Made by a program: the position numbers and the translations under genes
From: Callorhinchus milii
Taxonomy: Eukaryota
NCBI RefSeq assembly: GCF_018977255.1
Contig: NW_024704742.1
Span: 83,888,001 to 83,952,000 of the forward strand
Length of the DNA stretch: 64,000 bases
Direction: 5' to 3'
The notes under the pieces: generated by a model
What the model was told of the DNA's origin: nothing
Seen by the model: only the letters and a program-made list of their open reading frames with translations
Databases searched by the model: none
In this document: positions 36,481 through 48,400 of the stretch, one piece after another
Layout: each line of letters begins with the position of its first letter
Position numbering within the stretch: position 1 is the stretch's first letter

Positions 36481-39400
36481 CAATAACATTTTTTTTATTG
36501 CAAAATAGGTCCCTTCCCCCCCCCCCCCACACCCTAAAATAATAATAAATCAACCTTAAAAAAGGCCGAAGAAAATCAAAACCTTGGCTTTTTTTTTCCT
36601 GCACCTCTTCCCCCCCCCCCCCCACCACCACCACCACTGAACAAATTTTGCAAAAAAAAAAACAAAAATATTATTATTATTTACTTGTCCAGGCCTGCAC
36701 AAGTAAATAATAATAATAATAATAATAATCCTTGCATTTGATATAGCGCTTTTCACGTCGGGAGGACGTCCCAAAGCGCTTCACAGAACACACTGTAAAG
36801 TGAATTGACTGTATATTTGTGGGCGAACGCGGCAGCCAATTGCGCACAGCAATGTCCCACAAACAGTCGTGGATTGAAAATGACCAATTTATTATTGTTT
36901 TTGGTTTTGGAGGGATTATTATTAGGCTCTGTGTGGAGTAAGGAAACTTGCCCAGGGTTTCGCCCTCTGCCTGGAATTGAACTCAGGTCTCTCACTTGCA
37001 AAGCGAGTGCTCTAACCACTGAGCTACAGGACTCCACGAGTTGCCCCCCACCCCCCCCCCCCAAAAAAAGCGAAAAGTTTTAAAAAGAGCAAAACAAAAC
37101 CCTGTTTTTTTTTCTCTCTCTGACGGGAAAAACTTAAAACAAAATGCAGAAGAGATATTAAATTTTTCTGAAAAATGTGAAAGATCTACAGTGTTCTAAA
37201 AAGGCGCAAATGGTCGTAGTTTGGGATATGTGAAGTTATTGCGGTTTTATTCCTTTGATTTGCAAGTCAAGTTGAATATCTAAGAAATCGAGGCAACACG
37301 GTCAGTACACTTCACTGTAAAATTCTGTGAAGCGCTTTGAGACATCTTCTCGACGTGAAAGGATACTAGAAAATGCAAAGATTATTATAAATCCTCATTT
37401 GTAGATACTGCACTTTTCCATGTGTTTCTATGTATTGTGGGTTTCCTTTTTGCTTCCTCGTCGTACCCATTGCAGTTACACTTGCAACCAAAGGATCCAA
37501 TATGGAATGTAGATTTCAGTATTAATATACTTTATAATAGATTATTATACTTTATGTTGTTATACTTTATATTATACTTTATATTAGATTATTATACTTT
37601 ATTATACTTTATATTACATTTTATATCAGATTATTATATTTAATATTGGATTATTATTCTCAATAATCAAGGCTTGGGGGCCCACAGAGTGTGCATTCGG
37701 GTATTGCTGAGGTCTAACCATTTAAAACTGCATAACTTGCTATTGATATCACTGTCTGGCAAGCTTTCAAGCGCCTTGGGACGTCCTCCCGACATGAAAG
37801 GGGCTAAACAAATCTAATTTGTTGTTGTTGTTGTCCAGCTAGGACCATCCCACCATTCAGGCTTTGGTTTTCAAGCTTAACGGGAAGCCGAGTGGAATGA
37901 CCGTGGCAAAACCGTCTGTTCTTGGCACGGCTGCCCTGTCTGTGGGCTTGTGTGTATAATAAGGAGGGTCAGTGACCTCAGTGCCCGGTGCTTCTATCCT
38001 AACTGAGACACCTGCTTTATCATGTATGCCTGGCTCAGTGGTAGCGCTCTCGCCTCTGAGTCAGGAGGGTGTGGGTTCAAAGCCCCACGTTGGGACTCAG
38101 GATCACATAGTTTAAGCTGACATTCCAATGCAGCCCCGGGCTGCGGGAGCGCTGTAATGTCAGAGAGGCCGACCTTTGGATGAGACATCCTTGAAAACCT
38201 GCCAGACAGTAATATCAATAGCAAGTTATGCAATTTTAAATGGTTAGATCTCAGCAGTACCCCAACACACACTCTGTGGGCCCCTAAGCCTTGAGTATAA
38301 TAATCTAATATTAAATATAATAATCTAGTATAAATGGGACTTTGTGGAATTCCATAGCATAGTGGTTAGCGATCTCACCCTGCAAGCCAGCGGACTCGGT
38401 GGAGCAAACCCTGAGGCAAGTTTCCTTACTCCACACGCCTCTGATTACCTGGCAGTAAGTAGAAACCCAGTTATTAGCTGATTGCAGATTGCTTTCTGGT
38501 GATGATAACCCCTCCCCCTCCACCGCCCCCCCAAAATAAATGTGGTCACTCAATCCACACTGTTTGTGAGACATTGCTGTGCGCAGTTGGCTACTGTGTT
38601 TTGCCCACAGTCAATCCACTTTAAAATATATTCTGTGAAGCAATTTGAGATTCTCAACAACGTGATAAGGTGCTGTATCAAAAGCAAGAATTATTATTAT
38701 GTCTCGCCAAAATGCTTTACGGATATATTGTAAAGTGTAGGCAAACAAGACGGTCAATTTGCGCAATGCCCTACAAACAGCAATGAAGTGAGTGACCAAT
38801 TTTATTTGGGAGATTGTTGGCCAGATGCTGGGAGAAACTCGTTTGTGATCTTTTGTCATCCACCTGAACAGGCAGACAGGGCTTTGGTTTAATGTCTCAC
38901 CGAAGGATGGCACCTCTGACAATGTAGAGTTTCACCGGCACATTCGTGGAGTATCGTGCTACTGACTTGCTCGGGTGATTGTGAAGACATTGTTCAGGTC
39001 CGCATTGTCCTTTAACAATTTGGGGCCTAGAAGAGTTTGGGGGGGATTGGTGCTTGTCTGCGGGGACAACCCTTGTTCCTTGGACAACGCATTCGGTCTA
39101 ATTCATTTAATGGGGGTGAGCAGGTCTAACCTCGCTCACCAGTATATAACTAAAAATTAGGCTGCATGAGCTCAAAGGCGTGGGATGCAGGTATTAAACC
39201 CACAATCTTCTGACCCAGATGCTAGAGTGCTAACAACTGACCAAGCTGACACTCCATATACATTTTGACCCTACTTTTGCTGACTTCTTGAAGGAGGAAG
39301 AAATCTGAAAAGTGAAAGTTTGGCCCTGCCAGAAATGATTCTGTAAATATTGAGAAACGGTTTTCTCCCCATCTGAAATCTATGTGAAACATTCCCAAAA

Positions 39401-42400
39401 TAGAGAGCTAAAAGTGTTGATTCCCTTTTGTTAAGGAATAGGAGGAGATCATTCAGCCTAGCGAGCCAGTTCTGTCTGTTTTTGCTAATCTTTTAATCCC
39501 ACTTTCCCTTTTTAATAACGAAAACAGAAGTCGCTGGGAACACTCAGCAAGTAAGGCAGCATCTATGGAGAAAGCAAAGTGAGTTAACGCTTCGGGTCCA
39601 CAAAACTTCGTCAGAACGTTCGAAACGTTGACTCACTTTCCTTTCTCCATAGCCGCTGCCTGACCTGCTGAGAGTTCCAGTGACTTCTGTTTTTGTTTCA
39701 GATTTCCAGCATCTGTAGTATTTTGTATTATGATTCTTAAAGGGCTGGATAAAGTAGACACTGAGGGTCTGTTTCCCCTCGTAGGAGAATCTATAACCAG
39801 GGGTCACAGTCTTAAAATTAAGGGTCAGCCTTTTAGAACAGAGTTGAGGAAACATTTCTTCACTCAGAGGGTAGTGAATTTATGGAATTGACTACTCCAG
39901 AAGGCTCAGTCCTTGACCATCTTCAAGGCTGAGACTGATAGATTTTTTAAAAATAGAGGGATTAGGGGATATGGGGATAGGGCAGGTAATTAGAGTTAGG
40001 TCAGAAGATCAGCCATGATCTTATCGAATAGCGGGGCAGGCTCGAGGGGCTGAATGGCCTATTCCTGCTCCTAATTCTTATGTTTTTATGTTTCCCCTTT
40101 TTAATAATCCTGGAATGTTTGTGTTTATTGAAGGGTTGAATCCTATTGAGTGTCTGTGTCTTTTTCAGAGAACACCTTCAACACATCACAGAATTGGGTC
40201 CCAGACCCTCTGGGAGTCCTGCTAATGAAATCCTGACCGTCAACTATCTTTTGGAACAAGTACAGAAGATGAAAGAAGGAGGTGGGGCAGCGCACCAAAT
40301 CACAGTGGACGTGCAGAGACCGACAGGCTCCTTCAGCATTGACTTTCTGGGGGGATTCGGCAGTTATTACGATAACATCAGTAATGTGGTAGTAAAACTG
40401 GAACCAAAGCACGGGGCAAAGCACGCAGTGCTCGCAAACTGTCATTTCGACTCAGTAGCCAACAGTCCAGGTATGATTATTTCTCCCCTCTTCCCCCTCC
40501 ACCGTTCTTCCAAATATACTCACTTTCTCCTTTTTATGTGAACTATCCAGTGCCACTAGGAATCCAGTGAAGTCAAGTGCTAAGATTGTGAATTTATTTT
40601 TACTTCAACTGACATTGAAAAAAAAACAACCGTAGTACATTGGTGGATTTTTCCTTTCATGTATGTATCTAGAGAAAGCATTGTGAATGATATACACTAA
40701 AGACTGGTGGTGGGAACAATTTTAGGTGAGGAATGACATGAATGAAGTCCTTAACAAATTTCATACTTCTCTTACTAGAATTGTCCTTACTCTAATTTTC
40801 CTTTTTCTCTGTCTATTTTCTCTTTCCTTTCTCACTCTTTTCTGCGTCTTCTTGATTTCCTCTTCTCTTTTTGCTTGTGTTCTTCTATTTCATATAATAT
40901 CTGTTAGTTGAGAAAATATGGATTTATAGGATGATTGGGTAACTTGCCTTATTTCATCTGATTACATTTGTTGCATTACTTGTCTCAGGCCTCCACACCA
41001 CACATCATTTTATTGATAACATTTCTTCTTTAGTTTAGATCCATTCACCTGGACTCTGTGATTGCTGATAACATTCCTTTTCCAGCATTTACATATGCAC
41101 TCCACAAATGTAATGAGGGTCGTCTCTTTCCAACTGGTGTGACTTGGTTGGCAGGTCTGGCTATCCTTAAGATTCACCTTTGAGTTAGTCACACTGGGTG
41201 GTGACAATGAGGTGTTTTTTCTCTCTCACTTACACATCATGTACCCACAAATATTTGCAGTTGAGTAACTTTACTAAACTCTGTGTACAATTTTATACAG
41301 GTTTTTTTTATATAGGCAAACCTTACAGATTTCTCAGAGCTGTCCTACAACACCCCCCACCCCCAATCAGGATTAATAAATTATCTGTATCAAAGTTGAA
41401 TCTTTTCCTGTACAAGGGTAGGTAATGCCAAAGCCTGTAGCTGCCTGCCAACTTGAGTGTGAATTACCAGTTTTTTGGATGTCTCCTTTTCCCCCTCCCC
41501 CTGGGAATTCAGTGCTTTAAGCAGCTTTCCTGTTATGTAGCTTGTGGAGTCCTGCAGTGTATTGGTTAGAGCACTCGCCTTGCAAGTGCGAGGACCTGGG
41601 TTTGATTCCCGGGCAGGGCGAAACCTTAGGCAAGTTTTCTTATCCACATACCTCTTGTTTACGTACTAGTAAGTAAGCACCCTGTTGTTAGTCGATTGGC
41701 AGATTGCTTTCTGGGGGTAATAATACCTCCAAAACCCCCCCAACAATTTGGTCACTCAATCCACGACTGTTTGTGATACATGGCTGTGAGCAATTGGATG
41801 CCACATTTCGCCCACAGAATATGCAGACAATTCACTTTACAGTATATTCTATGAAAAGCTTTGAGACGTCTCAACAACGTGATAAGGCGCTATATCAAAT
41901 GCAAGGATAATTATTATTATCTTCTCTCATTTAATTTCTAAAAGCCCCAATCCCAATCCTGCCTTGTGATCTTCAAGGTGCTCTCCCGGAGAAACGTCAT
42001 ATCTTTGAATCTCTTCCGAATGAAATGAAACGTCAGAGATGTTATTCCAGTTGAAGTCTTTGGAGTATGATTTTATTTTTTTATATATGAAATCCGATAC
42101 GTCTCAATTGTCCTTTATCATGTTGTGGCAGGTGCCAGTGATGATGCAGTGAGCTGTGCAGTGATGCTGGAGGTTCTGAATTCCCTGTCCCATCTGTCCA
42201 CCCCCCTCCACCACGCCGTCATATTTCTCTTCAATGGAGCAGAGGAGAATGTTTTACAAGTAAGTTAAACCATTGACCTGCAAATCGAAAGAAATGAAAG
42301 CTTTTTTTAAAACAAATTACTAAAAGTGGAACAATTTATTTGTGAATTTTCCCCAGTTTCATATATTGTTGTAAAATATTCATTTAAAACTTGTAAAGAG

Positions 42401-45400
42401 CAGATATTTATTTTATTGGGCATTGCATTCCGATATTTTTTTCTGATTTTGCTCAGATTGCAATGTGGTTTTGAAAATCAGTAGAACACAAGGGAGGACG
42501 TTTCCTTTTTTTCTTGCTCTATTTTTTCTTCCTTCTCCTGCATCTTAGCCAAGTAACCATTATTTAATACACAACTCTTAACAGGAAGAGCTATTTGACC
42601 TTGGGGTACATCGCGGGCAAATGTGATCCTCCCTGACTTGACATCAGCAACCTTTTCATTCCAGTGGGAGTCGCTTGATATCTTCTAGGAATGGGGAATT
42701 CAATTCTTTTTTCTCTTCATATCTCATGGGTGCTGAGGCTCAGTGAGGCTTGTTACATTTGGTCTGACTGAGAATAAGCCACTTGTCACAGACACAGAAC
42801 AAACAGGACTGTTGACTGTAGTGTGCCAATTCTGTATTTAACAACACCATCAACTTGTGTTTATATAGAGCCCTTCATGTGGGGTTGAGTCCCGGAGAGC
42901 TTGACAATGGTATAGTCTGTCCCCGAGCCAAGCGAAGAGGGAGCGGGGAGGTGACAATAAGCATGATCAAAAAGGAAGGTCTTTAGGAGTGAGTTGAAAG
43001 TGTGAAGGGAGGGGGCAAGGCGGAGGGTCTGAGGGAGGGAGTTCCAGAGCTTTGGGTGTAGTGACTGAAAAGCACGGCTCCAATGGTAGAGTGGAGGGGG
43101 CGAGGGACAAACAGGATGCCGGAGCTGGACCAGCGGAGGCAGGGTGGTGGCGTGGTGGGTAAGCAAATTGGATAGTGAAGAGGTGCAAGGACATGAAGTG
43201 ATTTGAAAACATGTGAGAGGATCTTGAAGTCGATCCGTTCGGTAATTGAGAGCCAATGCAGCCTGGCAAGGACTAGTGTGATTTAGATACAATTACATGA
43301 ATTTAATTTAATTGGTAACTCAGAAATTTGTGAGTGTGGTTCAAAACTCTTGAGACGATCAAGCTCACGCAGACAGGTGACAATTAATTGCACAGCTTTT
43401 ATAGTGCGGTGTGCATGATACAGAAAGGTATACAACAACAACAACAAAATTAGATTTGTATAGCGCCTTTCACTTTGGGAGAATGTCCCAAGGCGCATTT
43501 TGTCAGCACAACAGTGGTCCTGGAGTCAAGGGTGGAGGCAGAGAGGTAGAGTTGAGTGTCATGTTTCATGATGGCAAACCCATAGCAATAACATTTACGC
43601 ATCATTCCAATCCTATTCTAATGGTTTTGACTACAAGGGTGATAATGTTACTCAGCTATCGTACCTTATTTGTCCTCGTTCACCCAGAACTGCGCTCACA
43701 AGAATTCATCGCTCATCACAATCACAATTCAGCAAAACAGCTTAAGCAAAATTAAATTAAAATGAACTCTTAACATACCAATCTAAAATAAAATTTTTAC
43801 CAAATGCTGCGGGACCCATTTCTTCGACCGTCCCTATGTTGACCTCCCCCATCCACCTTCTCCCTTGCTTGGTGTCCATCCCTCCACTGCAAAGCACTCC
43901 GAGACGCTATCCTGTGTGAAGCATGCTATGTAAATACAAGTTGTTGATACTGTTCCTCGTCTGTGGTTCACCTGTTTCACTGGAGGTGGGGAAGGACTCC
44001 CTGAGGGAAGGTGTTTGAGAGAAATGTAATGCAGCATTAACCCTTTTGACTGTTAATGAAAGTAGTCCCTTGTTTCTGTTTGACAGGCCAGCCATGGATT
44101 TATTACACAGCATCCTTGGGCTAAGTTGATAAGGGCATTTATTAACCTAGAGGCTGCTGGCGTGGGAGGGAAGGAGCTTGTTTTCCAAACAGGTAAAACC
44201 CATTGTTTTAAGTGATCGAGTTGGTTTGGAGTATTATAGGGTGGTTATGCATATCCAGTGAGATGATGAGCACTAAATTGTGGACAACAGCAGGATGTTA
44301 AAATTTATTTTCCTCTTCAACTTGCTCTGTGTGATCTTAAAGACCAGGCACTTGGAGCTGGGCAGTGTAAGGAGCTGCAGTGGTAAAGTCAGAGGAAGTA
44401 TGAAATGTGTACTAGAACGGGCCATTGAAGTATTTGCAAAATAAAAACCCAGATATTTTTTGTTGTGTGAAAAAAATACCCTTTGTACTTGCTAATTGTA
44501 TGCTTTTGGAAACCGAAAGGGGTGGCGTGCGATCATTTAGAAGCTCTTTAAAAGGCAGTATCCTGGCAATAGAATAGCAAATGGTGTTCCTGTAAAGCAA
44601 CAGTATTTGGTCTTTAGAGAATTAATTTCTGTGAGCTAAAAAATTCTCCTTGTGTTTTCTTTCGTTATTTCTGAAGGGCCTGAAAATCCTTGGTTGGTTC
44701 AGGCATATGTCCGTGCAGCCAAACACCCGTTTGCATCAGTTGTTGGTCAAGAGATATTTCAGAGTGGGGTTATTCCCGCTGACACCGATTTCCGAATCTA
44801 TCGGGATTTTGGCAATATTCCAGGTCAGTAAGTCCCTCTTTTGGGACAGTTTGCTGTTTGCATTGCAATTTCTTCATCGGACTTGACATTCCTTTGATAT
44901 TTTTGAACATTTTCACAAAGTTTTTAATAAAAAGGTAAAACACTCGGATCTTCTTTATTTGATTGTGTTTTTGTAAATATCGGCAAAACACAAATTTATC
45001 AATGTCACTGAGTAGATGGCAGCGTCTTGTGACCTGGTACCTCCGTCTTTTCTTTTCCAGGGATCGATCTGGCTTTCATTGAAAATGGCTACATTTATCA
45101 CACAAAGTACGACACAGCAGATCGAATTTCTTTAGATTCCATTCAGAGGGCAGGTGGGTGAGATGTAAATGTCTTTGGAACAGTAAACACTTTCTGTACA
45201 GCTAGCTGTAGGAATGTGACTTTTTAATAAAAACTCTTTAAACAATAATAATCCTTAGATTTGCTATCACACCTTTCGTGTCGGGGGATGTCCCAAAGCA
45301 CTTCACAGAATATACTGGTTGACTCGAAGGTGTAAAGTTGTGTGACTGTGTTTTGTGAGCAAATGCAGGTGTCAATTTGGTACAGCAATATCCCATAAAT

Positions 45401-48400
45401 ACCCATGAAGTGAATGACCAATTTTTTAATTTGAGAGATTGTTGGCTAGTACACAGGGAGAAACACCTTTCCTTTTTTGAATAGTGCCAATGGGATCTTT
45501 TAACATTCACCTGAACAGGAAGACAGGGCCTCGGTTTAATATCTCTTCCGAACGATGGCACCTCCAACGATGCAGCCTCACTCCCAGCACTGTATTGGAG
45601 GGTCAGTTTGGACTATGAGTTCCAAGTCCCTGATGTGGGACTTGAATTCATGATCTTCTGACTCGAGGCATGAGTGCTACCAACTGAGTGTTACCAACCT
45701 GATGCACCTTATCATGGTTTCAGCTCCAACTGAGCTGCATTTGAACTAATATTTTGCATTTGGCCCAGCTTTGTGATTTGGTGCAATCGTTAAATACTTT
45801 TTATTTTGTTGAGGAATGAGGCATCACTGGATTCATTCAGCCTTCTTGATGTAATGATGTAATCATGGTCCACTCTGATTTGCTGCTTGACAATGTGCTA
45901 TTCTGCGCTTTCTCTTAAGATGGCTAAGATAGTTTAATAACCTGCAAAACTCATTTTTAATTAAAACAAAGTAATCTGTGGCGACAATTTAAACATGAAA
46001 TGCAATTTCTCTCCAACAATTTTCAGTGTGTTTTCCAAACTATAAATCTAAACCCTTTTCTGTTGACCCCAGGTGACAATATCCTGGCTGTGCTGCAATA
46101 TCTAGCCACGTCTGTGGAGCTGGCTGACTCGAAGGCATATCGTCACGGAACCATGGTGTTCTTTGACGTGCTGGGATTGTTTGTGGTGGCCTACCCCGCC
46201 AGGATTGGTGCAATCATCAACTATTTGGTGGCCGCAGCAGCTATAGTGTACCTGGCCAAAAAATTCTCCGTGTCCAAAGGCCTTGGTGAGTCTGACCAAA
46301 CCTCAAACCCATTTCAACGTTCAGAATAATGCATAATACGTTAATGACCAAATACATTACTTAATCCTTCACATGAAATCTCTGCGGATTTATGTATGAA
46401 GGCCAATTAGGTGTTGGTATCGGAGGGGAGCTAATGCCCATGAAACTGTATCTCTGTAAAAGGAATAAGAAATGAAATGCCATCAAGGGAGTAAAAGTGG
46501 AGATAGAAAAATAATTATATCTGTTTTAAGATGTACATTGATTATTTTACTGACTCTTGCACTATATTCTGGGATGGTCATTGCTGTATTTTTTGTGCTT
46601 TTTAATAGGTTGCAACTATTTGAAGGATCTGCTTTACGCCATTGGAATCACAGTCATATGTTGGTTTACCATCTTTTTCACCATCCTCATTGTTGCAGTG
46701 TTTGTCTCTCTCATTGGGCAGTCGATGTCTTGGTACACCCATTTCTATGTGTCCATTGTCTTTTATGGATCAATAGCCCTTATCAAGTTGATACTGATTC
46801 ATACACTAGCAAAAAATCTCTTCTATGGAGTAAGTATAATTGTGTGGTTTGTTTGACATGTTTAAAACAGTATTATCTCAGAATAGTTTTATTGGGTAAA
46901 TGGTCTTATTTCTGATTTAACAGCAGCTCCTTTGTCATGTTGCTGCAATTGATTGCAATTTCAATCCCTATCTCGTTCCACTTTCAGCCACTACACTCTG
47001 AAACTCTGGAACACTCTTCCTCTATCCCTCCGCCTTGCCCTTCCCCATCTTCAGGTCGCGCCTGAAGACCTTCCTCCTCGACCGTGCCTAAGGTCCCCTC
47101 CCCCGGCTTAGAGTCGTGCTCCACCACTGTCAAGCACTCTGGGATGCTACTCTGCATGAGGGGTGCTATATAAATGATCTGCCTTATAAATTGTCTTAAA
47201 TTAGGACTATTTACTGTGTGTGGCATTCGGGGAATATCCATAGTTACATTTGCACTTGTCCAAAAGCGTATTAAATAGGCCAGATGGATTGCTTCTTCAA
47301 TCTCTGATCTTTGGCCAACGGTGTGTACATTTTAACTTTACTACTGCAAAGAGAAGACTCTGCATATGTGGAGTCCTGTAGTTCAGTGGTTAGAGCACTC
47401 GCTTTGCAAGCGAGAGACCTGAGTTCAATTCCAGGCAGGGCGAAACCAAGTTTCCTTACTCCACACGCCTAATAATAATCCCTCCAAAAAAACAAAAACA
47501 ATTATAAATTGGTCATTTTCAATCCACGACTGTTTGTGGGACATTGCTGTGCGCAATTGGCTGCTGGGTTTCGCCCACAAATATAGTCAATTCACTTTAC
47601 AGTTTATTCTGTGAAGCGCTTTGGGATGTCTAGAAGACGTGAAAAGCGCTATATCAAATGCAAGGATTATTATTATTATTAAGTCCAACCACTGTGGACA
47701 TACTACTGAAGTCTTAGTAAATTGTGATCTGAATTGTTTAAAACAGAGAGTGAACCTGCTGTTGCTGGCAGAGCTGTATTATGATGCGACGCTGACCATC
47801 TGGTGTTGCGTCTTGCTTTACTTCACCCATCGAGACTTATGTTCAGCCTATGTGGCTGGACTCTGGGTTGCCTTTCCTCTGCTTACAAGGCTACTAATTG
47901 GAAACAAGCTGAAGCAAAATGGTAAGCCTGTACCGTCCGATCTTCACTTCAATGCGCTGTAACTCTGACAACCAGTGTAAGATTAAGAACATTACCCGCA
48001 GTAACGTGTGCTTGCGTCCCATACTTCTGTTGGGAGTAGGCTCGAGGCGCAGGTGAACATTTAATTAAAGCTAGATGTGGTTGAATTATGGAGAGAAGAC
48101 AGGGAAATGAGATTAAAAAATCTGCCATGATTTAATAAAGTGGCCCGATTCGGCTCATTGTTCTCATTTTGTTCCTGTATTTATGAAATGTGGTTAACCC
48201 ACAATCTGAGAAATTCAGAGTGATAGACAGCAGAATAATAGTTATTGATTTTAGTTACAGTACTAAGGGAGGAGTTAATGCTGTTTTTAATCTACCAAAT
48301 CTGTTAAAGCCAGTAAGTAGCATAATAACCACTCTTAACCATTCACGTAAAAAAAGAAAGAGCTCCTTTAAATAATTTATGTCCATGGATTTCCACTGTT

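Noticed and set aside
37530..37650. Regularly spaced AT-rich repeats as a CRISPR-like array
   Set aside because: Simple degenerate tandem repeat without unique spacers, in a eukaryotic context
47368..47445. tRNA-Ala(TGC)-like sequence, also at 6639, 26550, 32264, 36960, 41544 and 51345
   Set aside because: Each is the head of a SINE running into core and tail; acceptor stem imperfect and no Pol III terminator right after it
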